Positions 34,401 through 48,000 of a stretch of 64,000 nt of DNA are shown here, one piece after another; positions within the stretch are counted from its first letter, which is position 1, and every line of letters starts with the position of its first letter. Both the position numbers and the translations under genes were made by a program. Under the pieces are notes generated by a model. That model had not been told where the DNA came from and ran no database searches. It saw only the letters and a program-made list of their open reading frames with translations. Source of the DNA: Azolla caroliniana (taxonomy: Eukaryota > Plantae > Polypodiophyta); the NCBI GenBank assembly GCA_043228905.1, contig JBHGNT010000006.1:20026001-20090000 (forward strand), read 5' to 3'.

Positions 34401-35855
34401 ACAAACCCCACCACGAACTTCTATGTTGCCTACTACGGGGGACCAAAACATGTCCCAGTTTCCAAGTAGAATAGAACCATAACGAGAAATTCTAAAAGTA
34501 TTTAAATGATGTTCTTGTATTAAAATAAAATCTAGGGATCCGCCCACTACGCATTTGTTAATCTCTTGACGGAGACGATGTTTGTATCGTCTATATAAGG
34601 GGCCTCCTAACCCCTGAACATTCCATGACATCACACGCATTTAAGGAAACTTGGGTTGTTGTGATGTCATTTTCATGTTTTTTGCTAATGGCTCCAAATT
34701 GGCCTCATTGCCCTCTTGTTCATCTCTTATCAAACTTGATAAAGGTATCACATCACGTACCATTCTATAATGATGATGAGCTTTAGCTAATACTTGACCT
34801 TCCGATAACCCATCTTCATGAATATAGGTATATCCACAATTTGGAAGGATCTCAAAATCTAAGGAGACAACCATCTGTCTTCGTCCCGTCACATCAGACA
34901 CTGACAAAGGTTGTATAGTTGCTACCTCAAGTCCCCTTAATAATACTTCCCCAAAATGGTCACAATTAACATATTTTGCGAAGTGTAATGTTTGTTGTCT
35001 AATAGCCAATCGAACATCTACTGCCACCCATGTTTGTTTATCATAACCACAAAAAGGAAAAGAAAATCCTACAAGAGATTGCATAGTCCTGAAAAGAACA
35101 TGAACGTGTATTGATGCAACGCCATTATCAACCATGTCTCCCAACAATTTCAAAAACTCAAACCCATATGTGGCATTCCATCGAGTGACTGCAAAATCAC
35201 AAGTATTTTCTACTTGTGATTTTATCGGGATTGTGCGAATGAAGTTCACATTTAACCCTCTCAAGCTAGACGATTTTTTTATAGATCTTTGAAGGGGCCA
35301 CGATGCATTACTCAAGTTCAAATGTTGTTTACTTAGTACCTTTGTTGTTATACTCTGACTGGCCATAGCAAGGTTATTGACTGATTCAATCTCTTCTCCA
35401 CTAGGAGTAGCTTGTTCAAAAACATTACCAATTTGACATATATGAACATCACTTTGAGACAAAGAGTTGCCTACTTCATGTATGGCATCATAGCGACCTA
35501 TACTTACGTGAGCACCCATAGATTTTGTGCATTTATTGGGTATTGAATGACGCTTTTCAATTGGTCTACATGTCTCATCCTTGGATGGTTGAATACTTTT
35601 CCCCTTTTCATCCTTGGAAGGCTGAACATTTTTCCCTTTCTCAGTTCCCTCAACTACCTGTGAATGTTGACTCTTATCCATGTTAACATGGTTAACATTT
35701 GTATGCACATTACTGATACCATTTTGGGGTCTAACTCCCCTTTTTTTTTGGGCAATCTTTCAGTACATGGCCTTGTTGTTTACAATAAAAACATTGTCCA
35801 GGCATACCTACATACTCCAAATTTTGCATGAATATCGACTTCCCGGTGAGTGATG
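31473..35855 (-). mobile_element. Degenerate L1-type LINE (5'-truncated ORF1 plus ORF2 EN-RT)
   Basis: ORF1 remnant with Zn knuckle CFYCKQQGHVLKDC (about 35750-35797) and a 355-aa tail ending at 34641. ORF2 starts at 34640 with endonuclease MSWNVQGL, QEHH, NIYAP and GDFN, then RT LDIEKAYDRV, RQGCPLAP and FAYD. Several frameshifts and stops. A-rich tail at about 31473-31497. Confidence 0.9.
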
Positions 35856-36160
35856 GTAGAAATTATAAGCAGGGTGTTTGAAAATTATTAGCAAGGTGTC
35901 TGAATTTTGAGCAGGGTGTTTGACAATTATGAGTAAGGTGAATGAAAATAGAGCAGAAGTCTGAAAATTATGAGCAGGGTGCCTGAATACTAACGGGTGG
36001 GGTGTTTGGTGACAATTTTTTCACTGGCGTACTTTTATTATTATTATCCACATTGAACGGTGCAGATCACACGCACCCTCAGCCTAGTGCTCTGCACCGT
36101 CCGTGGCTGCGATTCCCTCGCTAGCCCTCTTTATGATCAGGTAGTAGTTGGACACAAGCC

Positions 36161-36483
36161 ACATACATACATACATACATACATACATACATACATACAT
36201 ACATACATACATACATACATACATACATACATTCATACATACCATACCATATATACATACATTCATACATACATACAATACATACAATACATACAATACA
36301 TACATACAATACAATACATACATACATACATACAATACATACAATACATACATACAATCATACATACAATACATAGAATACATACATACATACTGATACA
36401 ATACATTTGCCTCACATGCCTCTCCTTTGCTCCTTTTTTTTACACTCACATTTTCAAACTCTACAAACAAAAAAAAGAGACTG

Positions 36484-36540
<57 letters not shown>
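36161..36540. repeat. Complex (TACA)n / (TACAA) microsatellite followed by (GA)n upstream of Nup133
   Basis: ACAT-based repeat at 36161-36395 and GA run at about 36488-36540. Confidence 0.95.
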
Positions 36541-36544
<4 letters not shown>

Positions 36545-36629
36545 GGGAGAGAGGCACACAAAGTCTACAGAACAGAGAGCAGCAGCATCCCACACAGAGA
36601 AACCGCTCCTAAACCCTAGTCGCCTCAAC

Positions 36630-39600
36630 ATGTTCTCTCCTGCAGGTCGCAGAACGAAGCCGCGAGACAGAGATGGAGGAGGCGCTTCTGTCAAGCCTCC
36701 TCCTGCTTCCACTCCTTTCAAACCTACGACCTTCTTCCCTCTTCCTCCTGCTCAAGCTGAAAATGAAGGAGACGTTTTTCCTTCTTCTCCATCTACTCCT
36801 ATGCACAGACTTCGCTTGACCTCCCCAGGGAAGGCTGCTTCTTCTCCCTCTCCTTCTTCCATTCGGCTTTCGAACAACATTGTCAGGTGAGTATATGGAT
36901 TTCTCTCTCAGATATGCCCCACTCAATGCAAATATAAAACGTTTACTTGGATGGGAATCCCTGCAGAAAACTCATTGAATGTAGATGAGTTTATTTTATA
37001 TGGATTTGTTGAAGCATTTTGAAAAGTTTTCACTGGGTACGTATTCATTTCTAAATTTTACATGTAAATAAAAAGTTTAATTGGATTTGGATTTTTTTGT
37101 GAAAATTTGAAACGTTTGCCTGGTTATGGATTTAATTTGTTGGGACGTTTTGAAACATATTCTTGGATATGGAAATGAGATTGCAATAAAACATTTACTT
37201 GGATATGAAATTTATTTCCTCCATTATATTTTGTCGAATGTATGTAAAAAACGTTTTAGCTCAATATGAGCTGTTGAAGACATTTTAAAAATGTCTACTT
37301 GTATATGGTCTGCTCATGAAATTCATCAGCTGTACTTAACCCACCTTCTTGGATATGGAATTCTACTGAGATTCCATGGAATTTTGGTGAGGAATGTCTG
37401 TTTCATATCATCCTTCCAGGCCCCGGGGACTTTGGGTTGTAGAGTGAAGTATTTTTCATCCAGAATGATGGTTTTGTTTTGAATGGTGTTACAACTTTGC
37501 AGATCTCATTAACTGCAGATAATATATCCAGCTTTAAAGTTTACCTCTAGAGGTGATACCACTTTGTGAACCTGTAGAGAAGTATTTTGACCCGTCCAGA
37601 GATAGTCTGGGCTTGCTTTTTGTGTATTTATAGGCGTCATTGAATGTTGATAAAATGCGGATTTCGAAGTTCCCCTTCAAAGATGGATTTATGCCTCGTC
37701 ATATAACTTCTTCATTGGTAACCTGATTTATACTATCCATAAAATCCAGAGCTGACAACCCCTCTAGTTTCTCGATATAAAGATCGAAGTTTACACCCCG
37801 TTGTACATCTTTCTCTTTGATAATCTGCAGTGAACCTTTTATAACATCTAGAGATGACTATTCCCCTTTATTTTTCTCCTTGACATTTTATTATGTTTTT
37901 TGCTTTTTGTACTTCTTTCTTCTCGACATTTTATTATTATTTATATGTCCACAAATGATAATTGTACCTAAGGCACGATGTGCATTTGGAGCTACTAATA
38001 GGGAGTTTATTTTTTGTGGGTAATTCATTGTTCTCCCTATTTATACATCTTCATTCTCAGGTCACCTTCTCTCCTCAACAGTGTTGATAAAAGCAGAGCT
38101 GATACTAGCAGGCCTGTTTTTGTGAGTGACTTCCCTCAAGAGTTAAGGAATGCTGTACGAGATGATATATCTGCACCAAGAACGGGTAATTGCTTGTTAT
38201 TTCCTATTTTGTAATATATTTATTCGAATTTATCCTAAAGACTGGATCATGGTGCACACTGATAGATGCCTCTAGAGTATGCGGTGGAATGGATCCAGAT
38301 ACAGGTTTGTCCTGGATGATTCATGGCATCAAGATTTTTGTTTGGAGCCATCGCACTAAATCTGCTGAAAGTTTTAGAACTTTATACATACCTGCATCTC
38401 TTTGTAATTCTGATTACAGCAACGTTGATCCCAAGCATGGTGATAGCTGGATTGTTTGTATAGTGAAACAACAAGAAGAAACAGAACTAGGGAATTCAAA
38501 ATTCTCTGAAAAGTTTTCAGCTGCATCTTTGATTATGTGTAATCAGAGGTCATTAGCAATGATCTATTGGCCGAATGTGTTTTCAGAACAAGACATCACA
38601 CCTCTGGTTAGTTTTAATTTGGAGGATAAACCAAGTATCATAGGGTCAATGGTAGCTTCATCATACAAGATTGGTGATGTTCAGTATTGCATCTGTATTG
38701 CTTGCCAATCTAGTGGGGAGCTGTGGCGATTTGACTGTAGTTCTATCAACATTTCTCGAGAACCTATTCTGAGAAGTGTGAATGTTAACCCTTCCCAAAG
38801 TGAGCTTTGTCAGTCCTTTGTCAAGTATTGTGCTGGTGGAAAGTCTCTTGCATGGGTACACAATGAAGGTGTGGGGAAGGAAGGTTGGAAGATAGCAATT
38901 TTGCTAACGGCTTCTGGGTTTGAGTGCTGGAATGTTGAGATTGATTCAGGGCGTCATGTTTCTCTAGAATGGACATTTGATCTTCTTGCAGATTTGGAGG
39001 AATCTAAAATTCTTGTCGGTCAAAAACAAGTCTGGCTCTTAGATTTCCAGGTTGATGTGGGGAAGAGAAGGCTAAAATTGCTGTTTGCATCACACTCCAT
39101 GGACAAAATCAATAACTCAAGTTATATGCAGTATTGTATTGCCAATTACTCATATGATCTTAATTCTGCACAAAGAGAAGGTGATATTCATGTTATCCTA
39201 CCTAAAGCCAGGATCGAAGAAGAGGAGTTTCTGTATTCTATGCGACTTCGAGTCGGAGGGAAGCCTGAAGGATCAGTCATGATATTAGCTAGTGATGGAA
39301 CTGCTACAATAGCCTACGATATCGGAGAAATGGCAAGATTATATCAATTTAATCTTGCCTGGGATGTGGGTAAAGTTGTTGATGCTTGTGTTCTTTCATT
39401 CTCTGAGGATAATGAGGAAGGATCTTGGCTAGTTCTTACAGAAAAAGCAGGGGTTTGGGCAATTCCTGCTAAAGCAGTATTACTTTGTGGCATTGAACCT
39501 CCTGAAAGAAGTTTATCACGGAAAGGTAGTCCAAATGAGGGAATTGGGAAGGAAGATCGGCATCGGAGGGAGAATCTGGAGACAAGTGGATTTACTTCAA

Positions 39601-42600
39601 TGAATGAGGCTCAGCAAACAATGCCATTACATGATGAAGAAGCAGAGGCTTTAGTTGATCAGCTATTTCAAGAGTATCTATCTTGTGGGCAGGTAGATTT
39701 TGTCTTTGAGAAGCTTCAACAGGCTGGGGCTTTTGAGAGGGAAGGGAATGAAAACGTGTTTGCTCTTGCAAGTAAAGCTCTGGTGGATACACTTGCGAAG
39801 CATTGGACCTCTAGCATGGTTACAAACATGGCGATGATGGCTGCAGTTTCTTCTCAACTTGCTGAGAAGCAACATCGTCATCAACAGTTTCTGCATTTCC
39901 TGTTGGCTTCAAAATCTCTTGAGGAGCTCAAACAAAGACAGAGTATGTTCTTATTATTGGTACTCCTCTATATTGTAAGGTATTTATATCGTAGCTAGAA
40001 CATAAACGGCTTTGTGTTGATATAATTTTGATCATGTATATAACAACATAAATACTCCTTTTGCCTAATTTAGGAAGTGCATTGCACAATATTCTGGAAC
40101 ATGGAGAGAAACTGTCTGCAATGGTTTGGCTGAGAGAAATGCACAATACAGCAGTTAAAGCTCGTCTTCAGACAGATATGCAATCTTCTGAACCAGGTGG
40201 AGGACTGTGGGATCTTGTACAACTCACAGGGGAAAAATCCCGGAGAAGTAATGTCATGCTTTTAGATAGGGACAAGGCAGAAGTTTTTTATAGTCGTGTG
40301 TCTGATCTAGAGGACCTCTTCTCTTGTGTTCATCTTCACATTGAACTTATAGTTAGTAGGGATCAACCTCTTCATACACAAGTGGATAAGATATGTGAGA
40401 TCTCATATGCTTGCACTAAAGCGCTCCAAACAGCAATGCACTATAGAGATGCTCAACAAACTTGGTATCCTTCCCCAGAGGGTTTGACACCATGGTATTG
40501 CAAATCGAATATTAGATTGGGACTTTGGAAGCTCTGTACTCTGATATTGGATTTGAAGGATGAAGCTTCTGGTTCAGCATCATCATTAGTGGAAAAATTA
40601 GTAGGTAATTTGGAAGGGCTTGTTGATATTTTACTCGAATCCTATGCTGGTGCAATCACTGCCAAAGTGGAGCGCGAAGAAGAGTACCGAGGTTTACAAA
40701 AAGAATATTGGAGTAAAAGGGACACACTTCTTAATTCCATGTACCAGTATGCCAAAACAGTTGCTGAGGCGGCAACTGAGGTGAGTTTTCTCATGAATCT
40801 TACTCTTTCCTGTGTACCAAGAATCCAGAAATTATACAGTTATTATCTTCTAATTGCTTGTATGACTCATATTAGAGACGTCTCTTGGATCTCTTTTTCG
40901 TTTTAGAATGTCAGTCACGCTGATGCAGAAGAGAGAAAGCTTGATGCCATAAAGAAATTGTATCCACCTCTGGTATCTCTTGCAAGACGGCATGCTGGCT
41001 ATCAGACATTGTGGGATATTTGTACTGAACTGAATGACATCAATTGTTTGCGGAGCCTCATGGTACTTGCTTTTTTCTCGCCTTCTATTGTTATTTGGCT
41101 ATGTGCATGGAAGGTTTTTGTAAGTTGTAAGAGTTCATATATTATCATGTTGACCATCCTAATGTTCTGGTAGAGGATTCTGTGAATAGGTTTATTTTAG
41201 ACACACAAGCATACATAATATACATACATATATACATGCATATGCATACATATGTATCTCTGTCTTGTCTGGGCGTTTTATGTCTATATGAGTGTATGTA
41301 TGACCAATAGGATTGTAATCCTGTGGTTAAAGTAGGTATGCGAGTTTGAAACCTATTTTCCCAAGCTATATTCACGTGCAAAAATATATATCAGTTTCGA
41401 GTAATGGATATCTTAAATTGGTATTCATCCGATCATTAGTTTGAGTAATGGATTTGATTGTATACAGAGGTTGCCATTGCACAACCTAATAAGCCATGTA
41501 CACACAACCGTGAATCCTGAAGCTTCTGGCCAATTCCTCCCACTCTCAGAACTATGCAAGTTTTCTTTTTGAATTTACACGACTTCCATTTTTTCCCCAA
41601 AATAATGGGAATCACGCAATCAGAATGTAGTCACAAACCCAAATGGTGGTTCTCTCTCTGTACCTACGGAGAGACAAAGGGAACTACATGTAGAGTGACT
41701 CAATGAGGGTTTCAGAGTGCAGACTAATCACAAAGTAATATCTATATTTGGTCTTTCTGCACAAGCTTGAACTTTGAAATGCAAAATTTAAAATAAACCA
41801 ACCACTGCTTGTGTAACCTGAAGGCTTGTTTCAGGATGTGTTCATGTCCCCACAATCGTTGCTTCCGCATGGCTCTTCTCAGCTGACCGAGATACTTTCC
41901 CTATAGGTTATAGCATCTTACATATATTGTTTCTGGTATTTTCTTGTGTGGCCATGGGAGGTTTCTGTAAATTCATATGTGCCTCAGAAGTAGACCATAT
42001 GTGTCAGTTTGAGGGACTTTTTGTACCAGTAATATAAGCCCTGTTTCCTGAAACAGGATAGAGAGGGAGAGAATGAATGAGGGAGTGAGAGATTTCCTTT
42101 TTCCTGCAGCATGAAAGTATGGGATTGAAGGAGGGGAGGTTTAGCAATTTTGTTTTTGAACAATGCTATAAAAATAGGCAATATTCCAAACTCTTGCGTT
42201 TGGGTGAAGAATTCAAGGATGAGCTCTTGCTATTCCTTCAGAACCACAAGGATCTGCTTTGGCTCCATGAACTCTATATGCGGCAGTTCACCCTTGCATC
42301 AAGCACACTGCATTGGTTGGCTCTTTCAAAAGAGGCAGGTGCACAAGTTACAGTTGATTCTATTCAAGGGCATTTGAAACCTTCTTGTAAGATTGGAAAG
42401 ATGACTCTAGCTTACAGAAAGAGGCTTCTGAACTTGGCGAAGCTTTCAGCTCTGGCAGGTATGAGCATTTATCATGCATATTAATCCAGAAAAAAGCTGT
42501 TACTTCTATTAAGGTGGTTTAAATGGATACTATCTGTGGCAGGTGGAGAGAGAGTATCAGGTATCAAAACTCTTGGTATCAATGCTGATATTGAGATGAT

Positions 42601-43235
42601 TACTATCCAGGTAGGATCTTTCGTGGATCAAGGGAACAATTTAGCCATATATTTTGAATGTCTGACTAAGATGTTGTGCTATTTATCTGCAGGCGGAAGC
42701 TTATAATTTAGGGATGATTGAAGAAGATGATGTGTTGACACCAAGACAGCTTGTGGAGGTGTGCTTAAGTAGTGAAAAGAAAGAGTTAATATTGCGTGCA
42801 TTTGATGTTTTTGCTTGGGGTGGGGATGTATTTCGGCGATGTAACAAGAGTCTTTTGGAGAGTGCATGGTTGAAGGCGGCATCGCAAGATGACTGGGTTA
42901 TGATGAGACAAGTATCAGAAAGAGATGGCTGGAGTGATGATCAGTACCTAGAAGCTTTGCAAAATACAGCTTTGTATCTTGCATCAAAGCGTTGCTATGG
43001 TGAAGGTTCTGAATGCGATGGTGGTACATTTGAGGAACTGTTGCCTTTATTGCATGAGAGAGAGCAAGAGTTAGATTTTACTGGTAAAGAAATGGAGATG
43101 CCAAGTGTTGAGACAACATTAATGCAACATCCAGATTATGGCGATGCAGGGGAAGCGATGCTTGCTGCGCTGCGGATGGGGAAATGCTTAGTTGAAGTCT
43201 ATGAAAAAGATTCAAATGATGTCATGGAAGTGTGA
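36630..43235 (+). CDS. NUP133: Nucleoporin Nup133, about 1293 aa, 8 exons
   Basis: Exons 36630-36886, 38061-38185, 38266-39942, 40074-40780, 40907-41062, 42110-42458, 42543-42610 and 42693-43235 are all GT-AG and phase-consistent (3882 nt). Motifs MFSP.., PKARIEEEEFLYSMRLRVGGKP.GS, DTLAKHWT, LEHGEKL and DRDKAEVFYSRVSDLE match plant Nup133 as recalled. Confidence 0.9.
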
Positions 43236-44616
43236 ATAATGCCTAGGTTGTGTTATATAACAGTTTTCAGGAATATGTATGAAAAACTTCAAAAAAGCAG
43301 GAAGGAATTTGGTATTTTCTTTCTTCTATGAATGGCCTTTTGAGTAAGCTAACATTTTGTGCATCTTTTTGAGCTATATGTGCTAACGAAATTGTGTGGA
43401 CAAGACAGTCTGGTTGAAACCGCATTATTTATACACGTTTTGTAGTCAAAGTAACGAGAGTCTTTATTTTGCAAGAGCCTCTTTACTTATTATTGCACAC
43501 ATAATTGATCTTACAGATAGTTGCAAGCCGGTTATAAAATTGATTTGAGATTTGACCATATTGCTGACTTATTATGGATCTCTCATACTAACCATAGTTA
43601 TCCATTTGTTTAGTTTTCTTTTATCTTCTCACTTACACAGAAATGCACCCCTTGATTGAGGATCAACATGTTGACCATTCTAGGCAATATATCATTGGTA
43701 ATAATGATTTGTGTCTGCTTTATAGCATTTCCTTCTCTGATTGAAGTATTTGAAGGATTGTGAGAAACTGTGGTTAATGCATGAAGGTACACATCTTGAA
43801 ATGCACAGGGGAACAATGTTTGGTGGCAGCTAATGGAGTCTTCCTCTCACCTAACATAGGTTTCCCTTCTGAGACAGAATTTTTTACATTTACAACTGCG
43901 AAATTGCTTGTTTTCATTTGGGCTTGGGAGTATGCATTTGAATTTTTGTTGATTAAGCATAATGATATTGTTTATTTAGTTAGTATTGCTGTCTTGTTTG
44001 GTAGAAAGTACATTTGAGATGAGGGACTGTTTATATACGGAGCACAATATTGGAATGCATTTAAGGCTGCAAAATCTATGTAATCTCAACACAGAAAGCT
44101 TGAAATTGTTTATTTTTGCATGCCTACCTTGTGCCTCAAATTTGGAATGGAGCTACACCTCTCAAGTTTTAGTCGTCTTTAGGCACATGCTTTAAATGGA
44201 ATGGAAGAAACATCCTATGTTTGAAAATTATCATTGTATTGGAATACATGCAAGGAATGTTTTGATTTAATTCTTTAGCTTATTGTATTTGATTAATTTC
44301 TATACTAGATATATGTACATCAAAACAAATCATTTGCATAAATTTCTAAACAAAACCTATGTTAAATTCCAAGAGAAAGTTGTTTTACTTTGTAGGAAGT
44401 GAAGAAGTAGAGATATTTGATTAAACGCAAACAAGTACACATTTTATCGTCTCACTTCCCATTCAAACTCCTCCATATTATACGATTTATTCGCATTTGC
44501 AAACTTTTATAGCATTGTGAACATTTGAAACTATAATAAAACAATCTATCCAAGAACCATTTAGTATGGAAAAGGGAAAATTACTCTGCACCATGTGATG
44601 CACAAAATCTTAAATA

Positions 44617-44855
44617 TATGCAAAGCTTATTTGACAAAAGAAAACTTGTAAGAGCGGTACAATTTCCCACTTGTGAGAAAGACTTATTCTCATATGAGGA
44701 ATTCTCAAAATATACAAGCTTATTTGACACTATGAAACTTTGATGAGGCACACTTTCACTCTTCTAAGAAAGGCATGTCCTCATATACAAAGCTTATTTG
44801 ACAAAAGCAAACTTTGAAGAGGTACCATTTCACACCTCTAAGAAAGGCATGTTCT
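44617..44855. repeat. Degenerate tandem repeat, 3 copies, downstream of the carbonic anhydrase stop
   Basis: AAGCTTATTTGACA...AAACTT...GAGG..C...TTTC.CAC....AGAAAG recurs at about 44622, 44716 and 44790. Confidence 0.75.
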
Positions 44856-45036
44856 TGCTAGAGGTTAGATTACAAGCTAGCCACCTATGTAGCTAGATGA
44901 TAAACTCAACATAGAGACCTCAAGTTGAAGATTAGCTTATTACAACAAGAAGTTGTTGATGGTGAAGTTGCTAAGGTGTTAGCCCCAAAAGGGAGAACAC
45001 AATCTTATCTTATCAAAATGAGAAGAAGAAAATGAA

Positions 45037-48000
45037 TTAAAATGTTTCGGGTTGGATGCTCTTGTTGTTGTGTGGCCAATGCTCAAATGCCCCATTGACA
45101 AAGTCAAAATATGCTCCATGAAGTGTGAGCACGCCACTTTGTACCGCCTTCTTCACAAATGGATATGTCATGGAGTTCCAAAGAGACAAGTTCACCGACT
45201 CCTTTAACAATTCAACAATTAAGAACACCAACATCCATGAGTTAGATGTGTTTCTTGAAATTTACCATTGGTTTTTTCTTGAGGTGTTCTGTTCTAATGT
45301 TGATTTTAGTGTTAAGAAATCAACTTCTATAATGATTGAATTTGAGGAGCAAGTCATGAGGGAAAACCTATATCTCTTTTATCAAATCAGGGCTCTTATC
45401 CTAAAATAGGTTGATCAATGAGTTGCCAAATGATTCACAACCTTGTTTTCATGAGAGCAATAAATACCTACTGCATATAGTTTTGCATAATTCATAGAGA
45501 CGTGTATTCTAATAAATCTACTTGTAGAATCTATGTAGGACCAAGCGATAAAGTGTTTCAAGAAACTTCGCTTCAAAAGCTCAAGAGTGTAAAAAATCAT
45601 GATATATATGGAGTTGTTCAAAATAACATGAAGCAAAAATGAGATTTTAATATTTGTTGTGATAAATATGCTTGTAGCCTTGTAGGATTATATATATTTT
45701 GGAAATTATTGAAAGAAAGAACCTATAATGTGGATTTGCCTTTTTTATGTTTGGTGCATTGTGTTGTGCATGTAATGTCTTGTAACTAATAAATTCTTCA
45801 TGACTGGACTTTAGAATATAATCGTGTCCATATTGATATTATTCAACATTATCACCTTAACACAACACGTCCATTGCTCCTCGCTATTGACGACTCGATA
45901 TTTGGCTTTTGCCGTTCTAGATGCCTTATTTGCCAACACGATCCAATCTTCGATATGGTCACTGTTCACATGGTCGACCATGTCCACATTAAAGTTTGTC
46001 TACCCATGGTTCTAAACAAGATGTAGGTTTCAATGGCAAACACGTTCAATCGACTTTTGAAACCCTAACTAAGTTACCACGAACGAAAAAGATGGCCCTA
46101 AGGTTTTCGTTACTTCCCGTGAATGGTTTTAGGGCATCCTTAGGTCATAAACCCTAAACCTAAAGGGCATCCTTAGGAGAGGCATCTTTAGGTGATAAAC
46201 CCTAAACCTAAGGGCATACTTTGGATATAAACCCTAAATCTAAAGGTCATCCTTAGGAGATAAACCCTAAACCTAAAGGGCATCTTTAGGTGATAAACCC
46301 TAAACCTAAGGGCATCCTTTGGATATAAACCCTAAATCTAAAGGTCATCCTTAGGAGATAAACCCTAAATCTAAAGGCATCCTTAGGCGATAAACACTAA
46401 ACCTAAAGGGCATCCTTAGGAGGTAAACCCTAAACCTAAAGGGCATCCTTAGGAGGTAAACCCTAAATCTAAAGGGCATCTTTAGGAGATAAACCCTAAA
46501 CCTAAAGGGCATCTTTAGGAGATAAACCCTAAACCTAAAGGGCATCCTTAAGAGATAAACCCTAAACCTAAAGGGCATCTTTAGGAGATAAACCCTAAAC
46601 CTCAACGTCATCCTTAGGAGATAAAAAGAACTTCCCCCCAAGGGCACGTGGGGAGATTACAGAAAGAAATCTTCTCATGTGGGGCATACAATAAAAAAGA
46701 TCAGGATCCATGAAAGCTTGTTTTGGGTACCTGAATTTGTTGCAGGTTTGGTCATCATCATCCATGCCCAGGAGGGCCTTGATTCCGCCGCATCGGCTGT
46801 GCCCAATCACCACGAGGTGCTGCACCTTGAGGTAGACGACCGCGTATTCGATCGCGGAGCCAACACATGTGTTATGGCTGCTCTGCAGGTATTGCCGCCA
46901 TAGCCACACCACACACAACAATTAAACAAGGATGAATGAACATACATAATGCTCAAAATCCTCAAAATCATCACCATTATTATTATGGATTGATTGATCA
47001 TGGAGGCCTAATTATGATCACTTAATCCTCCATTAAATCCCTAATTATGATCAGTTAATCCTCCATTAAATTCATGTCCATGATTAGAATTAAAATTTGG
47101 AGTTTGGAATTAGGGTTGATTTGGTGGAACAAAAAAAGAGTCCGACGAATTTCGTTACATACATCCTTGGGCGGGACGAGGCTCGCGATGTTGCGCACGA
47201 TGAAGGCTTCCCCGAAATCCAACCCGAGACTCAGTGCCGGATCAACCCGCGAGTCGGAGCATGCTATTATCATGAACTGCGAAAAAAGCAAAAAGCAAAA
47301 AGCAAAAAAACACAAGGGTTATTTCCATTGACCATATCCCAAGGGCGAGAGCAATAGCAAGACTACAAGCAAGAGCAAGAGCAAAAAGCAAAAAGGTATC
47401 AAAGAGTAGGGAAAGGCATCCCTTTGCCACTAGAGAGGGAGCAAAAGCAAAAGCAAAATGGTATCAAAAGATTAGGGAAAGGCAATCCTTTGCCAAATCT
47501 AGTCCTCCGTGTTTCTGGAGAGGATTGGGATCAATTCACAACTCATTGCGGTTGGGAAGAATTCACGATTCATTTTTATTAATCTCGAGAACAATCCCTC
47601 AAGTCTTGTTTGTGGACATTTCTAGGAAACAAAAGAAATTATTCCAAAGCAGGATGAACTATTCTTGTCAAGCATATGTGGGTAGCTTAGAATCAATATA
47701 CCTAGTGCATCAATGTGTTGAAGTATGTTAAAGGACAAAGTATCGGTTTCCTACTTGGATCATTCAAACCACGTATGGAACATCGTAGCAAGAGGTTGGT
47801 TATATTGACCTAAGAAACCAAATGAAGTAATACACAAACTTTAAGAATGTCGATGAAGATCTAGCCCCATGGATTGAGAGATGTGTACTATGTGGCGGCA
47901 TCATCTTAGAAGTAAATGAGTGTTTGTGAACTTTTGAAACGAAAAGGAAATAAAGTGGAGAACCTTGGGATTGTTAGTATGGGTGGAAGAAAATGATGGC

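Larger units (their letters stand above)
28115..36022. mobile_element. Putative Mutator/foldback-like element with tandem-repeat arrays in inverted orientation at both ends
   Basis: A unit of about 22 bp, CCCTGCTCATAATTGTCAAACA, occurs three times at 28115-28182 and inverted at 31428-31471 and 35860-35987. The right terminus reads GAAAAAATTGTC on the minus strand. Left terminus and TSD not found; no transposase recognised. Confidence 0.45.

Noticed and set aside
36060-36629. 276-aa ORF and overlapping HTYI/MYVC/ERER ORFs
   Set aside because: These are microsatellite translations. Only the part from ATG 36630 is Nup133 exon 1.
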